Positions 1 through 11,134 of a stretch of 64,000 nucleotides of DNA are shown here, piece by piece. Location: NCBI GenBank assembly GCA_902514805.1, contig CABXSF010000001.1:14757-78756 (forward strand), given 5' to 3'. The position numbers and the translations under genes were made by a program. The notes beneath the pieces were generated by a model that did no database searches, was not told the DNA's origin, and was given only the letters and a program-made list of their open reading frames with translations. Position 1 is the first letter of the stretch. Each line of letters opens with the position of its first letter. The stretch is from an uncultured Pelagibacteraceae bacterium (lineage in GTDB: Bacteria > Pseudomonadota > Alphaproteobacteria > Pelagibacterales > Pelagibacteraceae).

Positions 1-795
1 AGGATGGACTTTATGAAGAGTGTCTCCAAAGGATAAGATATTTTTGCAAGTATATTTTTTTGATAAAAAGAAATTTAACTTAAATTTATCTACATTATAA
101 AATTTTTTGATTTTGTAGAATTTATTATATTTTTTAACAAGCTCTTTAAATTCATTTTCATTTATATCTAACTTATCGGTTACTGAATAAACTAAGGAAG
201 TTTTCGAGTTAGAAATTGGTAAGAAAGCTAAGGGACCTCTTTTTGTAAAAATCTGAACTGACGTATTATTTTTTAATTTTTGATGGTCAATCACAGAAAT
301 ATAGGATGTGCTTTTGTAATCTTTTTTTATGTTTTGATAAAAGAATTTCTTATTAATTAAGTTATTCGTTTCTGAATTAACAAAAAACTGAAAATCTTTT
401 CTTCTTAACAACTTTAAGTAATCAGAATCCTTTTTGATATTACTTTCTTTAAATTCTTTCCTTTTCTTGAGTTTTTTATAGACCCTTTCAAATAAAAGGT
501 GATTTTTCACTATAAAGAAAAGTGATTTTTTATTATCAAACTTTAAAAATGTTTCTTTAGAATCATTTTTATAGAGAAAAATTTTACTTATTTTTTGACC
601 GATTTTTTTAATATCTATATCGTACTTTTTTAAAAACTTAATATTTTCGAAGGATAATCCAATAGTCCTATTATAGTTAATTTTTGCTATCTTATTTTTT
701 TTTTGATGGTACATATGAACTGATATCCCTTTTTTTATTAATACTTGAGATAAAATTAAGTTCGTTAAGTTTTTTCCAAATAAGCAAATTTTCAT
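1..795 (-). CDS. UbiH/UbiF/VisC-family FAD-dependent hydroxylase, 5' part (runs off the window start)
   Basis: Not in the ORF track. Manual translation from ATG at 795: MKICLFGKNLTNLILSQVLIKKGISVHMY...RTIGLS...FTKRGPLAFLPISN. The GPLAFLP and R-x-x-G/A-LS motifs and the position divergent from ftsK fit UbiH-like proteins. Confidence 0.75.
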   Translation of the reverse strand, partial: MKICLFGKNLTNLILSQVLIKKGISVHMYHQKKNKIAKINYNRTIGLSFENIKFLKKYDIDIKKIGQKISKIFLYKNDSKETFLKFDNKKSLFFIVKNHLLFERVYKKLKKRKEFKESNIKKDSDYLKLLRRKDFQFFVNSETNNLINKKFFYQNIKKDYKSTSYISVIDHQKLKNNTSVQIFTKRGPLAFLPISNSKTSLVYSVTDKLDINENEFKELVKKYNKFYKIKKFYNVDKFKLNFFLSKKYTCKNILSFGDTLHKVHP

Positions 796-855
796 AAATA
801 TTTTTAATTTTAACAATAAATATTAAATGATACAAAGTGATAAATTTGATTCTTT

Positions 856-2910
856 ATGAATTTAAAAATTAAGAATATCGATCTAAAAGCATTTATATTT
901 AATCGCTTAGTTGAAATTTTTGCAATTGGGCTGTTTCTGTTCGCAATTTTACTGTCTTTGGCAGTGGTATCTTATACGCCAGATGACCCAAATTTTATAT
1001 TTTCTGAGGGACAAAAAGTTAAAAATTTGCTCGGAAAGAATGGAAGTATAATATCAGATTTTTTTTTTCAATCGGTTGGATTAATAAGTTATTTCATCCC
1101 TATAACAATTATTTTTTCAGCAATTAATATTTTTTTTAAAAAGACACCGAGTATTATTGTAAATAATATTTTTTTAGTAGTTTGCTATAGTTTAATCGGG
1201 ACTTTTTTTTTAAGTGTTTTTTTAACATCACCCTACTTTCTTTATATTAATGGAAATGGTGGATTTGTTGGTAATTTTTTAAATGAGTCAGTTTTTTTAA
1301 AACTTGAGTTTTTGAATAATAAAATTACTTATTATTTCTCTTTAATAACTTTTATTCTTTTATTTGTGTTTAGTTTAAATCCAAATTCTTATTGGATTAA
1401 AATATTCATAAGAAAGAAAAAAGGTGATCAAGTTAAAGATCAAATCATAAGTCAGGATTCACAATTTAAAGAAAAAGAAACTGTTCAAGAAACTTTTAAC
1501 CTCAGTGAGTCCATTTCTGAGACTAAAAAGGTAGGTGCTTTCAAACTTCCTTCACTTGATTTCCTTAAGGTTCCAGAAAAGAAAGTTAAAAATGCAAAAG
1601 AAGAAAAAAAAGTTGATGCTGATTTTTTGGAAAAAGTATTGTTAGATTTTGGTGTACAAGGAAAAATAGCAAAAATAAGTACGGGTCCAGTTGTTACCCT
1701 TAATGAGTTTGAACCTGCTGCGGGAGTTAAAGTCTCAAAAATTATAAGCCTCTCTGAAGATATAGCAAGAAATACAAGCTCTGAGTCTGCAAGAATTTCT
1801 ACAATTCCAGGATCTAGTACTATCGGTATTGAGCTCCCAAATTTATCTCGAGACAATGTTATGTTGAGGGAAATAATATCTAGTCCAAAATTTAATAATA
1901 AGGATTTAAAATTACCAATAGCCCTTGGTAAGAGTATTTCTGGTCAACCATTGATAGGAGATTTAACTTCAATGCCCCATCTTCTAATTGCTGGTACCAC
2001 CGGCTCTGGAAAATCTGTATGTATAAATACAATTATTCTTTCATTGTTATATAGACACAAACCGGAAATTTGTAAGTTCATCTTAATTGATCCTAAAATG
2101 TTAGAACTTTCGACATATGAAGGAATTCCCCATCTATTATGTCCTGTGATAACTGAAGCTAAAAAAGCTGCTTCAGTTTTAGGTTGGGTAGTAAAAGAAA
2201 TGGAAAATAGATACAAGTTAATGACAAAAGTTGGCGTTAGAAATATTGATAGTTACAACGCTAAACACAAAATTTCTATGCCATACATTGTAGTTATTGT
2301 GGATGAAATGTCAGATCTTATGCTTGTAGCCAGTAAAGATATTGAAAATTGTATCCAAAAACTTTCTCAAATGGCCAGAGCTGCGGGTATTCATATAATA
2401 ATGGCAACACAAAGACCTAGCGTTGATGTTATAACAGGTACTATTAAAGCAAATTTCCCAACTCGTATTTCTTTTCAGGTGTCTTCAAAAATTGATAGTA
2501 GAACAATTCTTGGAGAGCAAGGTGCTGAACAACTATTAGGGAAAGGGGATATGCTTTTTATGTCTTCTGCTAATCGAATTACAAGAATCCATGCGCCATT
2601 TGTTTCGGATAATGAAATTGAAAAAATAAATTCTTTTCTTAAATCACAAGGAAATCCAGAATATGTTGATGAAATTTTAAATTTATCATCTGAAAGTTCA
2701 TCTGATGATGACTCTAATGACTCAGATCAAGATGACGAACTTTACAAGAAAGCCATGGAAATAGTTAAATCTGAAGGAAAAGCATCAACCTCCTTTTTAC
2801 AAAGAAAACTTCAAATAGGTTATAATAGAGCTGCAAGAATAATAGATATTATGGAAAGTAGAGGTGTTGTAAGTAAAGCTAATCATGTTGGTAAAAGAGA
2901 ATTATTATAA
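856..2910 (+). CDS. ftsK: DNA translocase FtsK
   Basis: N-terminal TM segments, PHLLIAGTTGSGKS Walker A, VVIVDEMSDLM Walker B, ATQRPSVDVITG, C-terminal gamma domain LQRKLQIGYNRAARI. Confidence 0.98.
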   Translation: MNLKIKNIDLKAFIFNRLVEIFAIGLFLFAILLSLAVVSYTPDDPNFIFSEGQKVKNLLGKNGSIISDFFFQSVGLISYFIPITIIFSAINIFFKKTPSIIVNNIFLVVCYSLIGTFFLSVFLTSPYFLYINGNGGFVGNFLNESVFLKLEFLNNKITYYFSLITFILLFVFSLNPNSYWIKIFIRKKKGDQVKDQIISQDSQFKEKETVQETFNLSESISETKKVGAFKLPSLDFLKVPEKKVKNAKEEKKVDADFLEKVLLDFGVQGKIAKISTGPVVTLNEFEPAAGVKVSKIISLSEDIARNTSSESARISTIPGSSTIGIELPNLSRDNVMLREIISSPKFNNKDLKLPIALGKSISGQPLIGDLTSMPHLLIAGTTGSGKSVCINTIILSLLYRHKPEICKFILIDPKMLELSTYEGIPHLLCPVITEAKKAASVLGWVVKEMENRYKLMTKVGVRNIDSYNAKHKISMPYIVVIVDEMSDLMLVASKDIENCIQKLSQMARAAGIHIIMATQRPSVDVITGTIKANFPTRISFQVSSKIDSRTILGEQGAEQLLGKGDMLFMSSANRITRIHAPFVSDNEIEKINSFLKSQGNPEYVDEILNLSSESSSDDDSNDSDQDDELYKKAMEIVKSEGKASTSFLQRKLQIGYNRAARIIDIMESRGVVSKANHVGKRELL

Positions 2911-3455
2911 TGAGAACAATTTTTCTCATCTTAGTTTTTTTTTTTATATTTGGTCAAAAGTTTGCTTACTCAGATCCTAAAATCATAAAAAAAATTTCTG
3001 ATACCAAAAATTTTGCATTTGATTTTGAACAATTCATAAATGATAAAAAAGAGACTGGTAATTGTATAATTTCATTTGATAACAAAATGATTTGTAAATA
3101 CGATGAATCTGGGAAGATAATTGTATCAAACGGAAAGACACTTTTAATTAAAAGCAAAAACTCAAATTTTGCAAATACTTATAAAACTGAAAATACTTAT
3201 TTTAAATATTTTCTCAATAAAGGATTTTTGATTTCAAAAATTGAAGGAAATGTTGTAGAAAAAGAGCAAAATTTTCTTCTCTCAATCAATGATCAAAGCA
3301 ATCGATTAAATATTTTTTTTGATAAGAATAACCACTTAATTAAAAGATGGGAAAATATTGATTTATATGGCAACAAAGTAAGAACCAATATTGTTGTAAA
3401 AAATATTAATCAAGAATTATCTGATAGTATTTTTAATCTAAATCTTTACAACTAG
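2910..3455 (+). CDS. lolA: Outer-membrane lipoprotein carrier LolA family protein
   Basis: Signal peptide, F-x-F-E-Q start, G-x-x-IVSNGK; conserved position after ftsK. Confidence 0.75.
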   Translation: MRTIFLILVFFFIFGQKFAYSDPKIIKKISDTKNFAFDFEQFINDKKETGNCIISFDNKMICKYDESGKIIVSNGKTLLIKSKNSNFANTYKTENTYFKYFLNKGFLISKIEGNVVEKEQNFLLSINDQSNRLNIFFDKNNHLIKRWENIDLYGNKVRTNIVVKNINQELSDSIFNLNLYN

Positions 3456-3961
3456 CTCGCTCTGATATTCAGATTTTCTTCTTTGAAAATTTTCATCCCC
3501 CTTGCTAAATAATTTTTTATCGCATTAGGATGATCTAGTGTACAAGTGTGAACCCACATTCTTTTAATTTTTTTTTCAAAAGATTTTACAATCGCGGTAG
3601 TTAATGCATATCCCCCAACTCCCTTACCAAAATAATCTTCAAATAAACCTAAATATGCAAGTTCTATTTCTTTTTTTTCTGGGTGATAAATCAGTTCAAA
3701 ATATCCAACTAAATCTTTATCATTCTTAATTACGTAAGTTTCAAGATTTTTATTGGAAACATAATTAGACCATTGAAAATCTGTCCAAATCAATCTGTCT
3801 GTCCATCTATATTTTTTTCCTATTTGTTTGTAAAAAAACTTATTTAATTGAAAATCTGGTGCTGTCTTTTCAATAGAATAATTAATCTCTGGTTTATCTT
3901 TTTTGATAAGTTCATTTATATTTTTTAACTCTAAAAAATTTCTTTTTACGCTAATAATCAT
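3452..3961 (-). CDS. GNAT family N-acetyltransferase
   Basis: AYLGL...GKGVGG acetyl-CoA motif; WVHTCTLDHPNA...Y..RGM. Confidence 0.88.
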   Translation of the reverse strand: MIISVKRNFLELKNINELIKKDKPEINYSIEKTAPDFQLNKFFYKQIGKKYRWTDRLIWTDFQWSNYVSNKNLETYVIKNDKDLVGYFELIYHPEKKEIELAYLGLFEDYFGKGVGGYALTTAIVKSFEKKIKRMWVHTCTLDHPNAIKNYLARGMKIFKEENLNIRAS

Positions 3962-4323
3962 TGAACCATTCTCCCTACTTTTTCGCCACCGAACAGATGA
4001 AAATGCAGATGGGGTACCTCTTGGCCACCATTCTCCCCTACGTTAGATAAAGTCCTGAACCCACTATTGTCTATACTTGAAATGCCAATTTTTTTTGCGA
4101 CAGTTGAAATACCTTTCATCAAACCTACAATTTCATCAGAGGTAGCTTTAGATGTAAAATCTTCTAAATTTACATATTTCCCTTTTGGAATTACCAAAGC
4201 ATGAACTTTTTTTTGAGGGTTTATGTCGTGAAAAGATAAAACAAAATCATCCTCATAGATTTTTTTGCATGGTATTTCGCCTCTGAGAATTTTTGCAAAT
4301 ATATTATTATCGTCGTAGCTCAT
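3958..4323 (-). CDS. HIT (histidine triad) nucleotide-binding protein
   Basis: NIFAKILRGEIP and QEVPHLHFHL histidine triad. Confidence 0.95.
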   Translation of the reverse strand: MSYDDNNIFAKILRGEIPCKKIYEDDFVLSFHDINPQKKVHALVIPKGKYVNLEDFTSKATSDEIVGLMKGISTVAKKIGISSIDNSGFRTLSNVGENGGQEVPHLHFHLFGGEKVGRMVQ

Positions 4324-4592
4324 TTTTTTCTTTTATCTAACTCTTTCATAACATCTTCAATTTTGACGTTGTTTACTTCGAGATACACTATCAGATGATA
4401 CAATACATCGGCCGTCTCATGAACTTTATTTGTATTATTTTCCACAGCCTCTATTAATTCTTGAACTTCTTCTTTAACCTTTTCTACTGACAATTCTTTG
4501 TTAGTTAATAATTTATTTGTATAAGATTCGCTTTGAGGTTTAGTCTTCCTCTCTCTTACCATTAAAATTATATCTTCAAGAGTTTTAAGCAT
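4320..4592 (-). CDS. hisE: Phosphoribosyl-ATP pyrophosphatase
   Basis: SYT..L, KVKEE..E, E-T-ADVLYHL; lies in the his cluster. Confidence 0.93.
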   Translation of the reverse strand: MLKTLEDIILMVRERKTKPQSESYTNKLLTNKELSVEKVKEEVQELIEAVENNTNKVHETADVLYHLIVYLEVNNVKIEDVMKELDKRKK

Positions 4593-4593
4593 A

Positions 4594-5349
4594 TTATGTT
4601 CTAACAGGAATTCCTTTAGACTCCAAATATTGCTTTGCTTCTTTCACGGAGTATTTACCATAATGAAAAATTGATGCTGCAAGAACTGCGCTAGCTTTAC
4701 CTAATTTAATACCCTCTACTAAGTGATCAAGATTTCCAACACCGCCAGATGCTATTAAAGGAATATTTACCTTTGAAGATATTTTAGACATTAATTCAAT
4801 GTCGTAGCCAACCTGGGTTCCGTCTCTATCCATTGAAGTAACCAACAACTCCCCAGCTCCACTATCTTCCATTTTTTTCGCATATTCCAACGCATCAATT
4901 CCACTGTTGTTTCTTCCTCCATGAGTAAAAACTTCCCATTTATCTCCATTTTTTTTTGCATCTATTGCAACAACAATACATTGTGAACCAAATTTTTTAG
5001 AACTATCGACCACGACTTTGGAATTTTCTACTGCCGCAGTATTAATTGAAACTTTATCAGCACCACAGTTCAATAATTTATTAATATCATCAACGCTTCT
5101 AACGCCACCACCTACTGTTAAAGGTACGAAACATTTCTTTGAAGTCATCTCGACAACCTCATAAATAGTATCCCTATTCTCATTTGAAGCAGTAATATCT
5201 AAAAAACAAATTTCGTCGGCCCCACCATCACTATAGATTTTTGCTTGTTCAACAGGATCACCAGCATCTTTTAAATCAACAAAGTTAATACCTTTGACAA
5301 CACGACCATTCTTAACGTCTAAGCAGGGTATAATTCTATTTTTAAGCAT
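4594..5349 (-). CDS. hisF: Imidazole glycerol phosphate synthase, cyclase subunit
   Basis: [34 protein letters not shown]. Confidence 0.98.
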   Translation of the reverse strand: MLKNRIIPCLDVKNGRVVKGINFVDLKDAGDPVEQAKIYSDGGADEICFLDITASNENRDTIYEVVEMTSKKCFVPLTVGGGVRSVDDINKLLNCGADKVSINTAAVENSKVVVDSSKKFGSQCIVVAIDAKKNGDKWEVFTHGGRNNSGIDALEYAKKMEDSGAGELLVTSMDRDGTQVGYDIELMSKISSKVNIPLIASGGVGNLDHLVEGIKLGKASAVLAASIFHYGKYSVKEAKQYLESKGIPVRT

Positions 5350-6058
5350 CTTCTTTAGCCAGTTCCTCTAGTTTAATATCACCATCGTATATTGCTTTGC
5401 CAACTATAACACCTTCAACATTTTTTAATGTCATAGCTTTTTTAATATCCTCTATTGATGATACCCCGCCAGAAATTATTACAGGACAATTAGAAATTTC
5501 AGCGACTTTCATTGTTTCTTCAAAATTTGGACTTTCTTTAGTACCATCTTTATTAATATCAGTAAAAATTAATCTACTAATACCATAGTCATTAACTTCG
5601 GCTAAAAAATCTAAAGTTGAAATACCTGAACTTTCTTTCCAACCTGATAATGAGAGTTTTCCATCTTTTGCGTCCAAACCCAATGCAATTTTTTTTGGAA
5701 ATTTCTTACAAGCCTTTTTCAAAAAAGTTTTATCTTTAATGGCCGCACTTCCTAAGATTACTTTATCTACACCTATATCGGCATATTCTTGGATACTATC
5801 AAAATCTCTCACACCTCCTCCTACCTCTACTTTAAAATCAAATTTACTCACGATCTCTTTAATAATATCAAGATTAACCGTTTCTCCCGTTAAAGCTCCA
5901 TCAAGATCAACAATGTGCAAATTTTTGAACCCTTTATCAATAAATTGTGTTGCCTGTTCGACTGGTGACATTTGGTATTCTGTCTTTTGACTAAAATCAC
6001 CTTTAATTAATCTTACACACTTTTTATCTTTAATATCAATTGCTGGAAATATCTTCAT
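5342..6058 (-). CDS. hisA: ProFAR isomerase
   Basis: IFPAIDI...[27 protein letters not shown]. Confidence 0.97.
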   Translation of the reverse strand: MKIFPAIDIKDKKCVRLIKGDFSQKTEYQMSPVEQATQFIDKGFKNLHIVDLDGALTGETVNLDIIKEIVSKFDFKVEVGGGVRDFDSIQEYADIGVDKVILGSAAIKDKTFLKKACKKFPKKIALGLDAKDGKLSLSGWKESSGISTLDFLAEVNDYGISRLIFTDINKDGTKESPNFEETMKVAEISNCPVIISGGVSSIEDIKKAMTLKNVEGVIVGKAIYDGDIKLEELAKEDA

Positions 6059-6685
6059 TTATAAATTTATAAAGTTATTGATTATTTTTAATCCAGTTTT
6101 ATCGCTTTTTTCTGGATGAAATTGAGTGCCAAAAATGTTTTCTTTTTCAACTGCACAAACATGTTTTGATGAATATTCAGTTGTTGCTGAGATAGAGTTT
6201 TTGTCAGTTGGGACAAACTCATAGCTGTGAACAAAGTACATGTGAGATTTGTCTTTTATATCTTTAAAAATTTTGCTCTCTTTAACTAAATTTATTTGGT
6301 TCCATCCTATGTGAGGAAGCTTATATTTGCCATTTTGATTGTCTATTTTTGTCACTTTACCTGGGATCCAGCCCAATCCCTTTGTCTCTGACTCTTCATA
6401 TCCAACATCAGCGAACATTTGTAATCCAACACATATTCCAAGAAGAGGTTTTTTCTTATTCACTACAAAGTCATTTAGGCAGTCAACAAGTCCTTTAATA
6501 GATTGTAATGCATCCACACAACTTTTAAATGATCCCTGGCCTGGTAGTACAATTTTGTCAGTGGATCTAATTTTGCTTACATCAGAAGTTACTTCAATTT
6601 TGACTTTATTTTGGGCCACTTCTTTAAATGAATTAATAACAGAGCTTATGTTCCCTGATTTATAATCAACAATAGTTACGTTCAT
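6059..6685 (-). CDS. hisH: Imidazole glycerol phosphate synthase, glutaminase subunit
   Basis: DY.SGN, LPGQG, GICVGLQ, PHIGWN, YFVHSY, QFHPEKS. Confidence 0.98.
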   Translation of the reverse strand: MNVTIVDYKSGNISSVINSFKEVAQNKVKIEVTSDVSKIRSTDKIVLPGQGSFKSCVDALQSIKGLVDCLNDFVVNKKKPLLGICVGLQMFADVGYEESETKGLGWIPGKVTKIDNQNGKYKLPHIGWNQINLVKESKIFKDIKDKSHMYFVHSYEFVPTDKNSISATTEYSSKHVCAVEKENIFGTQFHPEKSDKTGLKIINNFINL

Positions 6686-6691
6686 TAATTT

Positions 6692-7282
6692 TTATAAAGA
6701 GCCCTTAGTAGATGGCACGACTTTCTTATTTTTTGGATCTATTTCTAATGCAGCTCTGAGCGATCTTGCTAAACCTTTAAAACACGACTCTACTTTGTGG
6801 TGACTATTGTCTCCATATAAATTCTCAATATGTAATGTAATTCCTGCAGATTGTGAAAAAGCTTGAAACCATTCCTTAAAAAGTTCTGTGTCCATTTCTC
6901 CAAGTTTTTCTACTTTTAAATCCACTTTCCAAATTAAGTACGGTCTGTTTGAAACGTCTAATGCAACTCTAGTTAAAGTTTCATCCATTGGTATCATTGC
7001 GTGAGCATATCTTTTAATTCCAATGAATTTTTTTGATGCTTTTTTAAGACATTCACCAATAGCGATACCAGTATCTTCTGTTGTGTGATGGAGATCTATG
7101 TGTGTATCTCCTTTTGCTTTAACTTTTAAATCAATTGATGAATGTTTAGAAAGTTGTTCAAGCATATGATCAAGAAAACCTATTCCAGTATCGATTTTGT
7201 ATTGACCTTTACCGTCAATATTTAATTCAACGTCAATTTTTGTCTCTTTTGTTTTTCTTGTTATTGATGCTTTTCGCTTCAT
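6692..7282 (-). CDS. hisB: Imidazoleglycerol-phosphate dehydratase
   Basis: [36 protein letters not shown]. Confidence 0.98.
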   Translation of the reverse strand: MKRKASITRKTKETKIDVELNIDGKGQYKIDTGIGFLDHMLEQLSKHSSIDLKVKAKGDTHIDLHHTTEDTGIAIGECLKKASKKFIGIKRYAHAMIPMDETLTRVALDVSNRPYLIWKVDLKVEKLGEMDTELFKEWFQAFSQSAGITLHIENLYGDNSHHKVESCFKGLARSLRAALEIDPKNKKVVPSTKGSL

Positions 7283-7336
7283 ATATACCTACGTATATCT
7301 ATATTATTTAGTCATATCAACAAAACTAATTTGCCA

Positions 7337-7364
7337 CTTGAAGAATAGAAATTCATATCCATCT
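7337..7364 (+). promoter_or_regulatory. Putative RpoH (sigma32) promoter of hslVU
   Basis: CTTGAA (7337-7342), 16 nt, CCATCT (7359-7364), ending 7 nt before the hslV ATG; resembles the sigma32 consensus CTTGAA...CCCCATnT. Confidence 0.6.
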
Positions 7365-7371
7365 ATACCTC

Positions 7372-7887
7372 ATGACAACGATTGTATTAGTAAGAAAAAA
7401 AAATGACGTAGTTGTGGCAAGTGATGGCCAGGTCAGTATGGGAAATACAGTAATTAAAAGCAATGCTAACAAAGTTCGTAAAATTGAGAAACGAAATGTG
7501 ATTGCAGGTTTTGCTGGTTCAACAGCAGATGCGTTAACTCTTTTTGAAAGATTAGAAGCAAAACTTGAAAAACACGCAGGAAATTTAACTCGAGCCGCAG
7601 TCGAGCTAGCAAAAGACTGGAGAACAGATAAATATTTAAGACGTCTTGAAGCGCTAATGGCTATTGGTGATAAAGAAAAGAGTTTTATAATTTCGGGAAC
7701 TGGAGATGTTTTAGAACCTGAAGGGGATGTAATTGGAATTGGTTCTGGTGGAAACTATGCACTAGCAGCAGCTAAAGTTTTAATGGATACAGAATTGAAT
7801 GCTGAAGAAGTTGCAAAAAAAGCAATTAAAGTTGCAGCTGATATTTGTGTTTTCACAAATGATAATATTAGGATAGAGAAAATATAA
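7372..7887 (+). CDS. hslV: ATP-dependent protease peptidase subunit HslV
   Basis: N-terminal MTTI catalytic Thr, [18 protein letters not shown]. Confidence 0.98.
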   Translation: MTTIVLVRKKNDVVVASDGQVSMGNTVIKSNANKVRKIEKRNVIAGFAGSTADALTLFERLEAKLEKHAGNLTRAAVELAKDWRTDKYLRRLEALMAIGDKEKSFIISGTGDVLEPEGDVIGIGSGGNYALAAAKVLMDTELNAEEVAKKAIKVAADICVFTNDNIRIEKI

Positions 7888-9251
7888 TGGAAAAATCAAA
7901 TATTAAATCATTCCCAAAGAAAAATTCTGATCAAAAAAAGAATCATATAGATTCTCTTTCACCAAGAGAAATAGTATCCGAGTTAGATAGATACGTAGTC
8001 GGTCAAAACAAAGCTAAAAGAGCTGTCGCTATTGCTCTAAGAAATCGATGGAGAAGACAGGCCTTAAAAGGTGAAATGAGAGATGAGGTTTTACCAAAAA
8101 ATATATTGATGATTGGTCCCACAGGTGTTGGTAAAACTGAGATATCAAGAAGGCTATCTAAGTTAGCAGAAGCACCTTTTGTGAAAGTTGAGGCAACAAG
8201 ATTTACAGAAGTTGGTTATGTTGGAAGAGACGTAGAACAAATTATTAGAGACTTACTTGAAATTGCTATTGCGATGGAAAAGGTTAAGAAAAGAAAAGAA
8301 GTTCATGCTAAGGCTCAAAAGCTTGCTGAAGAAAGAGTTTTAGATGCCCTAGTTGGAAACAAAGCGAGTGTAGCAACAAGAGAAAGTTTTAGAAAGAGAC
8401 TTAGGAGCGGGGATTTAGATGACAATGAAATTGAAGTTCCAGTTAACGAGAGTGGAAACATGCCAAGCTTCGAAATACCTGGAATGCCTGGAGCGAACAT
8501 TGGAATGATAAATATTGGTGACATGCTCGGTAAATCAATGGGAAATAAATCAAAAAAGAAAAAGATGACTGTAAAAGAGTCTCACGAAATCCTTTTAAAT
8601 GAAGAGGCTGATAAACTTATTGAAGAAGATAAAATTATTAAATCTGCAAAAAATGTGACTGAAAATAACGGAATTGTTTTTTTAGATGAAATTGATAAAA
8701 TTTCTGCAAGAACTGATCGTGTTGGTGGAGATGTGTCTAGAGAAGGAGTGCAGAGAGATTTGTTACCATTGATAGAAGGTACAACTGTAAGTACTAAGTA
8801 TGGACCAGTAAAAACAGATCATATATTATTTATAGCATCAGGAGCTTTCCAGCTCGCTAAACCTTCAGATTTACTTCCCGAATTACAAGGAAGATTGCCA
8901 ATAAGAGTTGAACTTGATGCATTAAACAGTTCTGACTTTAAAAGAATTTTAAAAGAGCCAGATAACAGTTTAATTAAACAGTATAAGGCATTATTAAAAA
9001 CTGAAAATGTTGATTTGGAATTCTCAGAGGATGGAATTGATACCATTGCTAATCTAGCAAGCGAAGTAAACTCATCTGTTGAAAATATTGGCGCAAGAAG
9101 ACTTCACACTATAATTGAAAGAGTTTTGGATGAGATTAGTTTTACAGCAACAGACAGATCAGGTGAAAAAATTGTGATTGACTCAAAGTATGTAAAAGAA
9201 AATCTTGGACAATTAGTAAAAGATAACGATTTATCTAAATTTATTCTTTGA
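7887..9251 (+). CDS. hslU: ATP-dependent protease ATPase subunit HslU
   Basis: [20 protein letters not shown] pore motif, [16 protein letters not shown]-terminal DLSKFIL. Confidence 0.98.
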   Translation: MEKSNIKSFPKKNSDQKKNHIDSLSPREIVSELDRYVVGQNKAKRAVAIALRNRWRRQALKGEMRDEVLPKNILMIGPTGVGKTEISRRLSKLAEAPFVKVEATRFTEVGYVGRDVEQIIRDLLEIAIAMEKVKKRKEVHAKAQKLAEERVLDALVGNKASVATRESFRKRLRSGDLDDNEIEVPVNESGNMPSFEIPGMPGANIGMINIGDMLGKSMGNKSKKKKMTVKESHEILLNEEADKLIEEDKIIKSAKNVTENNGIVFLDEIDKISARTDRVGGDVSREGVQRDLLPLIEGTTVSTKYGPVKTDHILFIASGAFQLAKPSDLLPELQGRLPIRVELDALNSSDFKRILKEPDNSLIKQYKALLKTENVDLEFSEDGIDTIANLASEVNSSVENIGARRLHTIIERVLDEISFTATDRSGEKIVIDSKYVKENLGQLVKDNDLSKFIL

Positions 9252-9653
9252 TTTTAAATAAACATTAAAAGAACCTAAATCCTTTTCATCAATATTTTCA
9301 ATATTTTTAATCTTTTTCATAAGCTCAACATTGGAATTGATAAATTCAGGTATAGAGTATTTTAATATGCTTAATTGAGTTGATTTATATGGATCTTCAG
9401 CAGATTTAGATCTCATTCCTTTGCCAGTAATTATATTAATTATTGAAAATTGTTTCTCGAAACATTCATTAATAGTTTTTTCAACAAATTTATTTGCTTG
9501 ATCCAGGCCATAACCATGTAAATCTATAACGAATGTAGATCTATTTTTATTTGTTGAAGGTTCATATAATTCATCTTTAGGATTTATCTTATCTTTGTTT
9601 TTTATAAATTTATTCCAGTCTTTAAGATCTTTATCTGATAGTTTTTTTTTCAA
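9231..9653 (-). CDS. Smr/MutS2 domain protein
   Basis: IDLHG and IITGKG Smr motifs. Confidence 0.88.
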   Translation of the reverse strand: MKKKLSDKDLKDWNKFIKNKDKINPKDELYEPSTNKNRSTFVIDLHGYGLDQANKFVEKTINECFEKQFSIINIITGKGMRSKSAEDPYKSTQLSILKYSIPEFINSNVELMKKIKNIENIDEKDLGSFNVYLKSKNKFR

Positions 9654-9656
9654 ATA

Positions 9657-10244
9657 TTAAATATTAGTCTCGACTAATACCCAATTTGGGTCATTAGAAT
9701 TTAAGTTTCTCGAGAATCTCCAAGTGTCATAAACTTTTTTCACTTTTTCTGGATTTCCTGTGAGAATCTTAGAATTTTTGTCCCTATTACATGATATAAT
9801 TTCACTTATAAAGTCTACTGTAACTTCAAGCACATTATCTTTTTGCTCGTGGTTTTTAATTTCTGCTGAGTTTATTCCAATAAAAGTTGTCTCCGACTTT
9901 ATCCCGTTTTTTTCTCTATTAGAAATTGCTTCCTGAAATTGATTTAAAACTTTTCTATCTAATAAGTTTTTAATCTCTTTAATTGACCCTTTCGAAAAAT
10001 TTGTGATTATCGTTTCGTAAGCAACCTTGGCCCCTTCAATAAAATCCTTTTTGGCAATTTCATCAAAATTTTTATAATTTGGTTTTTTTGCAGATTTAAT
10101 CTCTGGCATTTCATGAGGGAAACTGTTTGAAATATCTTCCTCATAACCCGATCTTTTGCCTAAAATTCCTCTTAATCTTAGAAAAATAAAACCAGCTATC
10201 ATAGCCAGTAAAATGATATCTAAATATTCAAAACTATAATTCAT
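9657..10244 (-). CDS. Tim44/TimA family protein
   Basis: N-terminal TM, LRGILGKRSG, F..GA..AYE.I, D.W.F.R...S.DPNW.L. Confidence 0.9.
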   Translation of the reverse strand: MNYSFEYLDIILLAMIAGFIFLRLRGILGKRSGYEEDISNSFPHEMPEIKSAKKPNYKNFDEIAKKDFIEGAKVAYETIITNFSKGSIKEIKNLLDRKVLNQFQEAISNREKNGIKSETTFIGINSAEIKNHEQKDNVLEVTVDFISEIISCNRDKNSKILTGNPEKVKKVYDTWRFSRNLNSNDPNWVLVETNI

Positions 10245-10302
10245 ATGTAAATAATATTTACTCTATTGCTTAATTTCAACAAGCAATTTAGATTAATGAC
10301 AA

Positions 10303-10728
10303 ATGAACACAGTACTTTTATTGATAATTTTGGTCCCAATTATAGAAATTTATTTATTTATAAAAATTGGGAGCCAAATTGGTGCTTTTACAACAATATC
10401 GCTAATATTCATTACAGCTATAATTGGTGTTTTCTATGCAAGGTATGAAGGTTTAAACAATCTAAGGTCCGGGGTTTCGCAACTTTATAAAAACCAAATG
10501 CCTTTATTCGAGTTAATGTCTGGTGCTGCATTGGCTGTTGCAGCTCTTCTATTAATTCTACCCGGATTTGCAACTGATGTATTAGGGTTTTTACTAATAT
10601 TTCCAATAACAAGAAAACTAATCTTTTTTTTTCTTGCCAAGAAAAAAAGAGGTGAGGTTCGCGATAAAGATGATTTGATTGAAGGAGAATATGTAGATAA
10701 GGATAATGAAAATGACAAAAAATTATAA
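10303..10728 (+). CDS. fxsA: FxsA family membrane protein
   Basis: PIIEI..FI.IG, LLILPGF.TD..G, C-terminal IEGEY. Confidence 0.9.
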   Translation: MNTVLLLIILVPIIEIYLFIKIGSQIGAFTTISLIFITAIIGVFYARYEGLNNLRSGVSQLYKNQMPLFELMSGAALAVAALLLILPGFATDVLGFLLIFPITRKLIFFFLAKKKRGEVRDKDDLIEGEYVDKDNENDKKL

Positions 10729-11134
10729 AATTCTTACTTCTTATATCAAAGATGTTTCCTCAAAAATAACTAATACTGAAAGCTATATATATCTTAAAGA
10801 AAATATTCCAAAATATTCTTTGGGAATAGATATAAATTCTGTTCCATTAAAAAATAATATGGCTGAGGTAAATATAAAATTAAATTTTAGTAATAAAAAT
10901 GAAAGCGTTAAAACAGCGTATTTTGAAATGACCCACACTACTATTGTTCGAGTGGAAAAGTCAGCTGTAAATGAAAAAGAATTAAAAAAAATTTTCTTAA
11001 GTGATGTACCTACTGAAATGTACCCCGAAATCGAAACTAAATTTTTTGAGATTGTGAAAACAATTGGTTATCCAGATATCAAATTGGAAAAGAAAATTAA
11101 TTTTAAAGAACTATTTGAAAAAAATCAGAAATAG
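10706..11134 (+). CDS. secB: Protein-export chaperone SecB (divergent)
   Basis: YIKDVS, P...YP and INF..LF motifs; fxsA-secB convergent on dnaQ is the usual alphaproteobacterial arrangement. The start may be the second Met (10712). Confidence 0.7.
   Translation: MKMTKNYKILTSYIKDVSSKITNTESYIYLKENIPKYSLGIDINSVPLKNNMAEVNIKLNFSNKNESVKTAYFEMTHTTIVRVEKSAVNEKELKKIFLSDVPTEMYPEIETKFFEIVKTIGYPDIKLEKKINFKELFEKNQK

Noticed and set aside
10265-10287. ATTGCTT-N9-AAGCAAT inverted repeat between tim44 and fxsA as a CIRCE element
   Set aside because: The spacing matches but the arms do not match TTAGCACTC, and there is no hrcA in the window. It may be chance or an unknown operator.
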